Assembly (NCBI GenBank): GCA_965218795.1
Contig: OZ244653.1
Location: 4,384,001 to 4,448,000, forward strand
Direction: 5' to 3'
DNA: 64,000 nucleotides
Source: a bacterium
GTDB taxonomy: Bacteria; UBA8248; JACPRG01; G963555815
In this document: one piece after another, positions 20,371 to 30,202 of the stretch
How the letters are laid out: each line of letters begins with the position of its first letter
Numbering within the stretch: the first letter of the stretch is position 1
The notes under the pieces: model-generated
Told to the model about the DNA's origin: nothing
The model's database searches: none
The model's input: the letters and a program-made list of their open reading frames with translations, nothing else
Made by a program: the position numbers and the translations under genes

Positions 20371-21612
20371 TTATCCGATTTTTAGCTCCCGCTCACACCG
20401 GTTAACGACCTCGGCGCCGTTTTCGGTCACGTACAACATGTCTTCCACAGAGGCCCCGCCCACCCCCTCGACAAACAGACCGGGCTCGATGTTGGCAAAG
20501 GTTCCCGCCTGATATGGGCGGTGTTCGCCGCCGTGCATGAAGGGAGGCTCCGAGTTGATAATCCCCGTTCCGTGGCCCAGCCAAACGTGGTTGATAAACT
20601 TTTCATAGCCGCTTTTTTGGGCTACCTTGACGGCCAGATTATACAATTCCTCACCCGTCACTCCTGGTCGCATGGCGTCCAACAACGCTTGATAAGTCTC
20701 CTCGACGACCCGAAAGAGGTCCTTCTGCTTACGGGAAGGCTTGCCGATGCTTACCGTCCGGCACATGTCAGCGTAATAGCCCATATAGCTGGAGGTCAGG
20801 TCGATAAAAAAGAGGTCCCCCTTCTCGAGCTTCCTGCCCGTATAATCAAAGGGCCTCACGTTGCTCATCACCCGGCTGGAGGAGGCGACGTACAGATGGG
20901 TTCGAGCGGTGCAGACGCCTACCTCCGCCCCCCGGGAAACCATGGCCCGCTGGGCCTTCAGGCCGACGTCGTACTCCGGCACACCCTCCCGGCAGGCCCG
21001 TAGGGCGGCGGTCATTCCTGCATCGGAATTCCGGGCGGTTTGCCGGATCATCTCCTTGTCATAATCGGTCTTCGCAGCGACGAAATCGAATAAGAGCCCG
21101 GTGATGTCCTTTATCCGGGTCGTGGAGAGGGCCTCTCCCAAAACCTTTCCGTAGAGGCTGGGGAGGTCTCCCTCGACGATACCCAGTGTTTCAGTGCGCC
21201 GAAAGAGGCTCCGGAAGAGCTTCGTCAGCTCTCTTTGCTGCCATTGAAACTCAACGTATGGGAAGGTCCGGATATCTTCGATCCAGCTCATCTCGCGCGC
21301 GGTATCAAGGAACCAGGGCCGGTCGATGAGAAGAACCGGAGGTTTAGACAGCCGAAGAACCAGAAGGGAGTACGCCACGGGGATCGGATGCACATAGTTG
21401 GCCAAGTATCGGACCCAGTTGGGCTTGTGGGGGGACCCATAAATCAGCAGCGCATCATATTCCCTATTCGCCATGAGTTTCTGGATGCGGTCAAGCCGTT
21501 CCCTCCAAACCTCCTCGGGGACCTTGGGGGTGAGACCCCGTGCCTTGCGGAGCTCGTCCTGATAACGGTCGCGGCGCACGCTTTTCGGCTCTTTCTGTCT
21601 ACGCATTCCCAT
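20371..21612 (-). CDS. M24-family (Xaa-Pro/creatinase-like) hydrolase
   Basis: GYYADMCRT, GHGTG, EPG, VEDM. Confidence 0.9.
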   Translation of the reverse strand: MGMRRQKEPKSVRRDRYQDELRKARGLTPKVPEEVWRERLDRIQKLMANREYDALLIYGSPHKPNWVRYLANYVHPIPVAYSLLVLRLSKPPVLLIDRPWFLDTAREMSWIEDIRTFPYVEFQWQQRELTKLFRSLFRRTETLGIVEGDLPSLYGKVLGEALSTTRIKDITGLLFDFVAAKTDYDKEMIRQTARNSDAGMTAALRACREGVPEYDVGLKAQRAMVSRGAEVGVCTARTHLYVASSSRVMSNVRPFDYTGRKLEKGDLFFIDLTSSYMGYYADMCRTVSIGKPSRKQKDLFRVVEETYQALLDAMRPGVTGEELYNLAVKVAQKSGYEKFINHVWLGHGTGIINSEPPFMHGGEHRPYQAGTFANIEPGLFVEGVGGASVEDMLYVTENGAEVVNRCERELKIG

Positions 21613-21762
21613 GTTGCTCTCCTTAGGATGCTTTGAGAATCAGTTTCGGCGGGAATTCATTGGCATGGATCTCCTTGAGAGATACCGGGCGCTCCAATTT
21701 CATTTACTGTGTGAGTTGACCTTTGCGAGGGAAGAGATCCTGGGCTACGCGCTCCCTGGATT

Positions 21763-23292
21763 TCAATGCAGGTTGTACTGATAGCGCGCTTTGCTCGGCA
21801 GGCCGAGGTCCCACTCTCCGTAAAGTGTTTTGATTTCCGCCTCTACCTCCCGGAACAATGGACGGAGGGCCGAAAGACGCGGGTAGTGCTTTCCCATGAA
21901 TTGGTCGATCTCTTTCGCGATGGCCTCCTCATCCAAGGTCAGGACTGTTCCATCCCGCATGACAGCCTTGCCATCCACAAACACGGTGCGGACATCTCTG
22001 CCCAAACCCCGCTGCATCAGCAGGCTCAAGGGATCTACATCGGGGGAGATGGATGGGTAGCGGAGACGTCTCATATCCAGCAGGATGAAATCGGCCTTCT
22101 TGTCCGGAGATATTGAACCCAAGGACTCCGCTTGGAGAAGGGCCTGCGCCCCTCCCAGAGTGGCCATCTTGATCCACTCTTCCGGCGGGATCCGAGGCGT
22201 CAGAGCACCTGGTAGGCGCTGCAACAAATCTCCTAGGCGAAGGTCCATGAGGAGGTCATTGTCATCATTGACGCCGCACCCGTCGGCTCCGAAGGCCAGA
22301 TTCACGCCGATTTCGCGCATGACGTGGATGGGGGCGATGCCGCTCGAAAGCCTCAGGTTATTGGCGGGGTTGTGGACAATCACGGTGCCCCGTTCCTTGA
22401 GAATCTCGATGTCCTCCCATGTGAGCCAGACCCCATGGGCGCACGAGACATCCTCTCCCCAAAATCCCATCTCATCCATCCAGGCAACCAGGGATCTCCC
22501 GCCTGTCTTTGGGTCCGCAGCCCGTTGATAGGCGGTCTCAAGCAGGTGAATTTGAATGCCGGTGCTTTGTCCCTGCGCGGCGTCCTTGATGCGGGACAGA
22601 AGTTCATCCGAACACCACCGTGGCCCGGTAGGCCCCATAAAAATCCTCACCCGCCCGTCGGGTTCATGGAGATCTTCGAAGAACGAATCCCAAACCTCAA
22701 AAAATCGGTCGATATCCGGAAGACGGCGGAACCCACTTGCGGCCTCTTGCACATCGGTGGGAAGCTGACTCAGAATCTCCTCATCGCCTCCGTAATAAAG
22801 GCGGTTTCTGTCACCGATCCCGACACAAAACCCGACCCGTATCCCGCTGTCTTTGTAAGCCTGAACGGCGGTGGGGATTCCCAGGCGTTCCTGCTTCGGG
22901 ATTCCGACGTGGTGGTCCACCGCCGCAGTGCACCCCATCCGGATGAGTTCGATGCAGGCCCAAGCGGTATTGAGATAGACCTCCCGTTCCGAGAAACCTG
23001 CCCGGTAAATCCCTTGGAGGAAGGGGAGCCAGCACTCGAGCATCTGATCGCTATTCCCCCCCCGGAACGTGCGGCCTGGGGCGTGGTGGTGGGCGCTGAT
23101 CAGGCCCGGCATCAGGAGGTCGTCCTCCAGGGACCCCACCTCCTCATCGAATGGCCCGTGTCGGGATAGCACCTCGTAAGGGCCGACCTCGGATATGGTG
23201 TCGCCCTCAATCACTATCGCGCCGCGAGGGATAACCCCAAAGGCGTCATCCACCGTGACTACAAAGGATGCTTTGGCGAGAAATTTCCCCAC
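21763..23292 (-). CDS. amidohydrolase family protein
   Basis: PGLISAHHH, IHLLET, HNPANNLRL, GADG. Confidence 0.9.
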   Translation of the reverse strand: MGKFLAKASFVVTVDDAFGVIPRGAIVIEGDTISEVGPYEVLSRHGPFDEEVGSLEDDLLMPGLISAHHHAPGRTFRGGNSDQMLECWLPFLQGIYRAGFSEREVYLNTAWACIELIRMGCTAAVDHHVGIPKQERLGIPTAVQAYKDSGIRVGFCVGIGDRNRLYYGGDEEILSQLPTDVQEAASGFRRLPDIDRFFEVWDSFFEDLHEPDGRVRIFMGPTGPRWCSDELLSRIKDAAQGQSTGIQIHLLETAYQRAADPKTGGRSLVAWMDEMGFWGEDVSCAHGVWLTWEDIEILKERGTVIVHNPANNLRLSSGIAPIHVMREIGVNLAFGADGCGVNDDNDLLMDLRLGDLLQRLPGALTPRIPPEEWIKMATLGGAQALLQAESLGSISPDKKADFILLDMRRLRYPSISPDVDPLSLLMQRGLGRDVRTVFVDGKAVMRDGTVLTLDEEAIAKEIDQFMGKHYPRLSALRPLFREVEAEIKTLYGEWDLGLPSKARYQYNLH

Positions 23293-23431
23293 GTCATCCC
23301 CTCCGTGTCTTCCTTACCCCGGCGGAAGGCAAAACCTTTCTCATTGACCTTAATTTACGCTTAATTAGGCATTTGTTGGGGGCGGGTACGGATCCCCGCC
23401 CCTACAGTTGGAGGGAAGAAAAGGGATCGCG

Positions 23432-23470
23432 AAAAAGGAGCCCCGGAGGGGATACTCTCTCCGGGGCTCC
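23432..23470 (-). terminator. intrinsic terminator
   Basis: GGAGCCCCGGAG...CTCCGGGGCTCC followed by TTTTT on the minus strand. Confidence 0.8.
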
Positions 23471-23518
23471 GTCTCGACCCTTGTCAGGCTAAAGATGGCG
23501 TCCTCTCCAACCGCTGGC

Positions 23519-24544
23519 TTACATTGCCTTGTCGCCCAGGGCGGCCTTAATGGCGGGCCACTGGGGGAGGAACCGGTTGGTGTACATGTCTCCCGTCGGA
23601 ACGCGTTTCTTCAGCTTCTGGAGCTTGGTGAGCAACTCGACGGTATTGTCCATTTTCTCGTGGTCCATGTATCCCAAGCCGTGCAGCCGGACTCCCTCGT
23701 CGAACATATACTCAGTATTGATGGCGAAGTGGTGGCGGATGATGGGCTTGCTCATCCCCGGGGCGTACTTGAGGAAGTTCTCGATGGCCTCGTCCGGGTG
23801 GAGGAGCGACCACCCAAAGGCCTCCATGACGGCCTTTACGGCATTGCGAACAAACTTGGGGTTGGACTCGATCGTGGCATCGCGGACGATGACGCCGTTG
23901 CTGTAAACTTTCACGCCCCAGTCTCCGTAGGAGAAATATCCGAGCTCCTTTCCAATCTTGGCGACCGCGATACGGAGTTGGGGTATCTCGGTGACATAGT
24001 AGAGGGCCACATCCTGCTTCCCGCTCAGGAAGGAGGGGAGGACCTGCCCATAACCGATGTTAATCCACTCGATGGTCTTATCGTCGAACCCGTTGGCGGC
24101 GGCAAAGGCCGGGAAAATGACGCGGACGGAGGTGGCTATCGGCGAGCCGATCGTAGCGCCTGCCAAGTCCTTGGGCGTCTTGTAGCCCTTATCTTTGAAG
24201 AAGACAGCGATCATGGGCGTCTTGGCGTGGATCATGGCCACTTCTTTGACCTTGACGTCGCTGTTGCCCCGCGCGTTGACCAGCGAACCGGCATCGGCGA
24301 ACCCGATAGGGGCAATCTTGCTGGCAACGTCCTTGATGGTTCTACCCGAACCGAAGCCCCGCTTGTACTCCACGTCCAGACCCACCTTCTTGTAGAAGCC
24401 CTTGTCCTGGGCTGCGAAGAAAGCCGCGTGTTTTCCATAGACGATCCAGTCCAGCAGGAAGGTGGTTTTTCCAGCGACGGCCTGCCCCGTCAGGCCCCCC
24501 GCCAAGAACAGAAATGCGGCGACGACGACCAAAAGCTTTTTCAT
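23519..24544 (-). CDS. NMT1/THI5-like ABC substrate-binding protein
   Basis: signal peptide, LDW..YGKHAAFF, GFGSG, YTNRFL. Confidence 0.9.
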   Translation of the reverse strand: MKKLLVVVAAFLFLAGGLTGQAVAGKTTFLLDWIVYGKHAAFFAAQDKGFYKKVGLDVEYKRGFGSGRTIKDVASKIAPIGFADAGSLVNARGNSDVKVKEVAMIHAKTPMIAVFFKDKGYKTPKDLAGATIGSPIATSVRVIFPAFAAANGFDDKTIEWINIGYGQVLPSFLSGKQDVALYYVTEIPQLRIAVAKIGKELGYFSYGDWGVKVYSNGVIVRDATIESNPKFVRNAVKAVMEAFGWSLLHPDEAIENFLKYAPGMSKPIIRHHFAINTEYMFDEGVRLHGLGYMDHEKMDNTVELLTKLQKLKKRVPTGDMYTNRFLPQWPAIKAALGDKAM

Positions 24545-25338
24545 GTTTGCACCCCTTTGCCGGTGAGACGGAAATCCAATCCCGGAAAACCCTCTGCCGA
24601 CCTCCCGTTGACACCTGGTTGAACGGAAGTTTCCCATTTCAAATTCAGACAGCCCTCTATTGACCACTCATTGCTGTCTAACCCGATTAGACCCCTCTTT
24701 GCCGGGGCCGTCAAGAGGCTGTCCCATTCTTAGTTGAAGGTTGAAAAAAAGAGGTGGCGGTTCACTCCTGCCGACTCGGTTAGAATTGCCCTGCCCCCTT
24801 TCAAGGGAGTCCAGTTTATAAAAGAGTATTCCTGGATTGTAGAAGGAGGCGAAGGCTGGCCAGGAAGCGGTTTACGGCCGAGCCGATCATCATCAAGCTG
24901 CGAGAGGCGGAGGTGTCCCAGTCCCAAGGGAAGACGGTAGGCCAGGAGTGTAAGCAGATCGGGGGTGACTGAGCAGACCTACGACCGGTGGCGGAAGGCG
25001 TACGGGGGTCTGAGGATGGCCCAGGCCAAGCGTCTGAAGTCCTTGGAGAAGGAGAATGGCCGGCTGAAGAAGCTGGTGGCGGGTCTGTCTGTGGACAATC
25101 AGATTCTGAAGGAAGTCTCCTCGGGAAACTTCCAGGCCCGGCGAAGAGGAGAGGAGCCGTGGTATGGGTACGAGAGCGGTTCGGACCTGAGCGAGTCTGT
25201 GAGCGTCGGGCCTGCCGCGTGCTGGGACAGGCTCGATCGACCCAACGAAGAGTCCGACAGATTTCCAAGGAAGAGGGACAATCTGGTGCTCCGGATGGTA
25301 GAACTGGCCAGTCAGTATGGCCGTGTATGGACGCCCCC

Positions 25339-25590
25339 GTGAATGCAAGCGTTTTCTTCGGACAGTTCGGAGCAATGTGGTCAGGTGCAGTCGTGTATCC
25401 GGCCTTCTGATGCGGCGGGTCACACGCCGCGGGCCCGTATGGAGATGCGCGGACCAGGTCCAAATCGGTACGGCGAGCTCGAGGGCTCTTGGCCATACCC
25501 TAGGTTTTCCCGATCCCGTCTCGTTGACCGTTGTCCCTTACCCGTCCTCCGACCTGCTCACATGTCCGACGTCATCCGCGCGCCTGTCGC
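25339..25590 (-). ncRNA. putative bridge/seek RNA in the IS1111 3' non-coding end
   Basis: contains segments matching the flanking target (CGGTACGGC 25466-25474; TGGCCATAC 25490-25498) and the circle junction (TCGTGTAT 25391-25398). Confidence 0.75.
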
Positions 25591-26615
25591 TCAGACGGCC
25601 GGCGCCGGCTCCCGATAGACCGCTTTCTTCGTCATCAACGCCCAGGCGGTCCGCGCCATTCGATTCGCCAGCGCCACCGCGACCAGCATCCGCGGCTTGC
25701 GCGCCAGCATCCGAGCCAGCCATGAGCCTGCCGGCGCACCGCGCCAGGCCGCCCAACGGACCACCGCCATCGCGCCCGTGATCAACAGCCGCCTGACATC
25801 GCGCTGGCCCATCTTCGATATCTTGCCCAGCCGCGGCTTGCCTCCGGTGGAGTTCTGCCGCGGGACAAGCCCGAGCCAGGCCGAGAAGTCACGGCCGCGC
25901 CGGAAGCTTTCCATCGGCGGCGCGAAGGCCTGGATCGCCATCGCACTGATCGACCCGATCCCCGGGATGGTCATCAGACGTCTCGCCTCTTCGTCCTGGC
26001 GCGCACCCGTGTGGAGTTGCCTGTCCAACTCCCGAATCTTCTCGTTCAGGCCGGCAATCTGATCAAGCAGAACACCGCCCAGCTCGCGGACCGCCTCGGG
26101 CAGCCCCGAGCCCGGCTCTGCAAGGGCCAACGCCAGCCGGCCCACATACGCCAGTCCCTACGGAGCGATGACCCCGAACTCCGCCAAGTGGCCCCGTAGC
26201 GCGTTGATGGTCTGCGTGCGCTGGCGCACCAGCAAATCGCGCGTGCGGAACAGCATCCCGTGGGCCTGCTGGCCCTCCGTCTTCACGGCCACAAAGCGCA
26301 TGGTCGGGCGAGAGGCCGCCTCGCAGATCGCCTCCGCCTCCGCGGCGTCGTTCTTGTGACGCTTGACGAAGGGTTTCACATAGACCGGCGGCATGACTTC
26401 ACCTCATGGCCAAGCTTGCCGATCTCACGACCCCAATAGTGCGCGCTCGCACATGCCTCCATCGCAACCAGACAGCGTGGGTGCGAGGCCAGAAAGTCCA
26501 GCACTTTCCCCCTGGTCAGCTTCTTGCGGAATGCAACCGATCCGTCCGTCCGCGCACCGTGCAGTTGAAAGCCTTGTTTCGCCAAATCGATGCCGATGAT
26601 GTTCACTTGTTCCAT
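25591..26615 (-). pseudogene. IS110 recombinase (DEDD + Tnp), frameshift and internal stop
   Basis: IGIDLAK, MEAC, KNDAAEAEAI, TIPGIG, GLVPRQNSTGGK. Confidence 0.9.
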
Positions 26616-27135
26616 GGACGCTTCCTCCTTCAGGGGTTGAACACGACACCACCTTGCCACAACGTGATGCCGTCGGGAGGGGGCGTCCACCCCATCGGTA
26701 CGGCTACCGGAGGATCACGGCGATTCTTCGCCTTAGAGGGGTGGAAGGTGAACCCCATAGGGAGTGGAAAGGCTTTGGAGACAGGAAGGGCTGAAGGTCC
26801 CGTCCAGACAGCCGAAACGAAGGAGACTGTGGCTCCATGACGGGTCCTGCGTGCGCCTGAGACCGACTCATCGGAACCATGTCTGGAGCTATGCCTTCAT
26901 GCATGAGCGTACCCAAAAGGGGAGGGCTTTCCGGCTGCTGACCATTTGGATGCGTACAGCCGGGAATGTTGTTCCATTGATGCCCCAAGGCAGATGAATC
27001 ACCAGGATGTGCTGGAAAGGACCCGACGAAATCTCCAGGTTGATGGAGAATCTAGGTAAGACTAGCCGGGCGTGTTAACGAAAAAGCGAATGAACGCTTT
27101 CGTCGCTTCTCTTCTTCGAATACCATCGTCGGGCT

Positions 27136-27893
27136 TCAACCTTTTCCGTCATTGCCCAGGACGTCACAAGACGCCAATAACTGTTTTGCAATAGCTTCCG
27201 CCGGCACTCGGACCCATTCCTGGTGTACAAACGTGAATGCGAGCATATGTACGAGAGTGAACAAGCAGCCGGCCCATGTGGGCTTATCGATAGCCTGGAG
27301 CATGATGTAGCGTCGCCCTTCCATGAGACGGCTATGGCAGCCACTATGGCTGCAATGACCAAACCGTCGACAAGAAGTGCAAGCGGTTTGAGCGCCCATA
27401 TATTTCGCCGAAAGCCGTAGTTGACGTTCTCCTCGAAGATGAGCCGGAACCTCTCGCGATCCGTCACTTGAGCTAGCAGCCAAGCCGTGGCACTCTCGTA
27501 TCCTTCGTCGGCCTTTGTTGGAGACCTCTTTTCGTCTTGCGGCGTCGCCAGCTTCAGTTGGGGAACGTTGCGCTCCAAAAATGCCCGATACCGATCCTTT
27601 GCCGCCGTCGGGATGCGCGCATCACGATGCCGTAGCATCACTACGGACGGCTTCCCGCCCCACGCTTGAAACAGGTTCGGTTCAAGTGCTTTCCCTCGAT
27701 CCCGCCCAAACTGCGTCAACCACGTTGCGCCACCGCAATAAACCACCAATCCGATGACGGCCGCCCACGTTGACTGAAATTCTGGAACAAGAAGCGCGAA
27801 GACAACCAAGATGGGCAGCAGGGTCAGAAGCGCTGGCTGAAGCCGGGCCTTCCGATTGTAGGGGTCGCTGATGAGTGTTTCGATGTTGAGCAT
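27136..27893 (-). pseudogene. multi-pass membrane protein of the defence operon, frameshift near 27310
   Basis: N-terminal TM pair, WGGKPS, FEENVNYGFRRN, further TM segments; true C-terminus QLLASCDVL is in the 27136 frame. Confidence 0.7.
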
Positions 27894-30194
27894 TTAGGCG
27901 CTCCCAACAGCAGCGTCTGTTGCATCAGCAAGAAGCGCATGAATAGCGGCCGGCGTTTGGATCAACAGAATTGCCGGCGTCAGGCGTGCTACCGATACTG
28001 CGGTTGCCGTCGAGCGATCCATCGGGGATGGGTCACTGGGAGAAAGATGACTGTGCCAAGTGCCAAGGCAATAGAGCGACCAACCGCTTGACTCCGAATA
28101 GGCTTTTAGACGTTGGCGAAGCCCTTTCGTCCCGAGGACAAACTCACTCGCGGAGCGGGTACTATCCTCAGGCGCTTCCAGTACATCAACCACATGGAAG
28201 GTGTGGGACACTTCTGACAATCGTCCAACGAGCACGCCGCCGGTCTCGACCTGGGGCCGGTTCGCAGTTTCCTCCTGGATTTTTGCCAGTGCACGCGAGT
28301 GAATGCGAACGCGCCAGGCTTCTCCATTGATTGTGCCAACTTCGGTCACCGGAGGGACTTTGTGTGCGCGCCACTTGAGACCAATCTCGCGTTCGGACAG
28401 CTGACCTAAAAGGACTTCACCGCTGTCCCCAGGGAGGCCGTCGCGTTGCTTTCCCAACAGGTATTCGGACATGCCGGCCGCGAAAAGCGAAAGCCGTCCA
28501 TCGGACATGGTCATCGTCAGGGAGCCGCAGCCTTGGCCGAGAGCCTGCCGGGATGCCGTGTCATCGGCTCCAAATATGAGTGACGCCATAGTCGCGTCCT
28601 CCCGAATGAGGGCGTAGCACTCTGCCATGAGGTCGCCGGTGTTAGGGTTGCGCTCAGGTCCCTCGACAGTGACCATCCCGACGGCGCCGCCAGCGAATAG
28701 GGATGTTTCGATCACGCGGGCAGGCAGCCGGTTATTTGAGGCAAGCGCTTCTCGGACAACAAGCGATGCGGTTATGTTTACAACTGCCCACGACCGCTTC
28801 GACCAGGGACGGCTGACCTTGCATTTAGACTCCAAGATTCTCACGGCGTTCGCAAGGATCGGCGTTGCTTCCTGTTCAAGTCCATGTAATGCCCCGCACA
28901 GCGACCGGGCTTTGGCATCCATCCAGAGGAGCTGCATATCCCCCGTCGTGGGGATGAGCGCATGCCGCGCCGCGTTGTGCGGCGTCATCGACGACTGGTC
29001 GATGACAACCTCGGGGCCGTTCCCGGCGCGCGCGAGATGGAGCGCCAACTTGGATCCCAGACTATCGGCACCAATCAGTGTCCACCGTGGCCGTTCGGAA
29101 GTTGCCGCGTGGCCTGCCATCTGGGCGAGGAGGGCGCGGGTTATCGCATTGCGATGTGCGGCCGGTCGCACTGGTGTCGCGCCATCATCAGAAGACAAGT
29201 CGGGCGAGTAAATGTCCATGACATACGGGCACAACTCGATGGGACTCTGGCTGCCGATAACCTTGTAAGGTCGACGCGCCAAAAGCACCACGGCGAGCGG
29301 GAATGGCCCCATCTTGGAAACTCTGGATAGGCATCGCTTGAGCCACTTGAGCCCGTTATCGAGTTCAGCGGCACAGCCATAGAGCTTAGCGCGATCTCGA
29401 AGCTCATCGACATTGGTTACGGCTTCGGGAAGGTATGTATCGCAGACAATCAACTTGCCAGACGGCTGTTTTCCAGGCCACACGACCATTGCCAGCGACC
29501 GGCCGTGTCGTAGTTGGGCGTCCTTGCCAACCGCCGCTTCTCTGAAGATACTCGGTACGGTTTTGCGGTTGATTTGAGGGATTACGGTTTTAATCTGGCC
29601 GTGAATGGCGCCCAATGCGCCGTTAGTGACAAGTCGCAAGTAATCGAGTTCAAAGAAACTGTATCCGCCGTCACGGTTCACCAATCCGCGCAGCCCTTCG
29701 GCGTCGGCGATGAGGTCATCTTCGAAGCTATCACGCCGAACAGGTTCCCAACCTTGTTTCGGGTCGATGAGTGTGCCCATGGCTGCACGTTCAAGCCAAA
29801 CTGCGGTCTGATTTAGGATGCCGGCTAACCCTTCCAGCTGGAGCAGTTCGGCCAGGTTGCCATCGTAGAGGCAGGGCACGGGCCGCCCATCCGTCAACCA
29901 CGGCTGCATGTGTGGCAGATTCCGGTTGAAGTCAGGGCGCAGCGATACTTCGGGTGGGTCAAGCGGGAATCCACTCGGAAAGTCGAAGCGCACGACCTCC
30001 TGAAGCCTGACACCCGATGGACTCGAGCCCTGCCGCTTCCAGCGGCTTGGTAGGTGCACGTCGAACGTCACGTCCACCGCGGTTGTCCCAGTCACTTTGT
30101 CAAAGGATGGAATCCCGACCAGAGATACGGCAGGATGGTCGGACACCAGAGCCAGCGCTCGCAAGATCGTTTTACTGGGCCGGACGTCCGCCAT
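27894..30194 (-). CDS. E2-E1(ThiF)-JAB fusion protein (Cap2/Cap3-like)
   Basis: E2 PH...VPCLY; E1 LIGADSLGS, HNAARH, GQGCGS; JAB ETGG...WHSH...PSPMD. Confidence 0.9.
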   Translation of the reverse strand: MADVRPSKTILRALALVSDHPAVSLVGIPSFDKVTGTTAVDVTFDVHLPSRWKRQGSSPSGVRLQEVVRFDFPSGFPLDPPEVSLRPDFNRNLPHMQPWLTDGRPVPCLYDGNLAELLQLEGLAGILNQTAVWLERAAMGTLIDPKQGWEPVRRDSFEDDLIADAEGLRGLVNRDGGYSFFELDYLRLVTNGALGAIHGQIKTVIPQINRKTVPSIFREAAVGKDAQLRHGRSLAMVVWPGKQPSGKLIVCDTYLPEAVTNVDELRDRAKLYGCAAELDNGLKWLKRCLSRVSKMGPFPLAVVLLARRPYKVIGSQSPIELCPYVMDIYSPDLSSDDGATPVRPAAHRNAITRALLAQMAGHAATSERPRWTLIGADSLGSKLALHLARAGNGPEVVIDQSSMTPHNAARHALIPTTGDMQLLWMDAKARSLCGALHGLEQEATPILANAVRILESKCKVSRPWSKRSWAVVNITASLVVREALASNNRLPARVIETSLFAGGAVGMVTVEGPERNPNTGDLMAECYALIREDATMASLIFGADDTASRQALGQGCGSLTMTMSDGRLSLFAAGMSEYLLGKQRDGLPGDSGEVLLGQLSEREIGLKWRAHKVPPVTEVGTINGEAWRVRIHSRALAKIQEETANRPQVETGGVLVGRLSEVSHTFHVVDVLEAPEDSTRSASEFVLGTKGLRQRLKAYSESSGWSLYCLGTWHSHLSPSDPSPMDRSTATAVSVARLTPAILLIQTPAAIHALLADATDAAVGSA

Positions 30195-30202
30195 TGATCT
30201 TC

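Larger units (their letters stand above)
25324..26695 (-). mobile_element. IS110-family, IS1111-subgroup insertion sequence
   Basis: subterminal inverted repeats TGGACGCCCCC (25328-25338) and GGGGGCGTCCA (26679-26689); CG core on both sides; no long TSD. Confidence 0.92.
24787..27020 (+). mobile_element. degenerate IS3-family (IS407 group) element interrupted by IS1111
   Basis: orfA WRKAYGGL..KRLKSLEKENGRLKK; orfB QYGR|YGYRRIT split by the insertion; HVWSY, AFRLLT. Confidence 0.85.

Noticed and set aside
24545-24786. TPP riboswitch upstream of the NMT1/THI5 gene
   Set aside because: No CUGAGA core or other aptamer consensus seen
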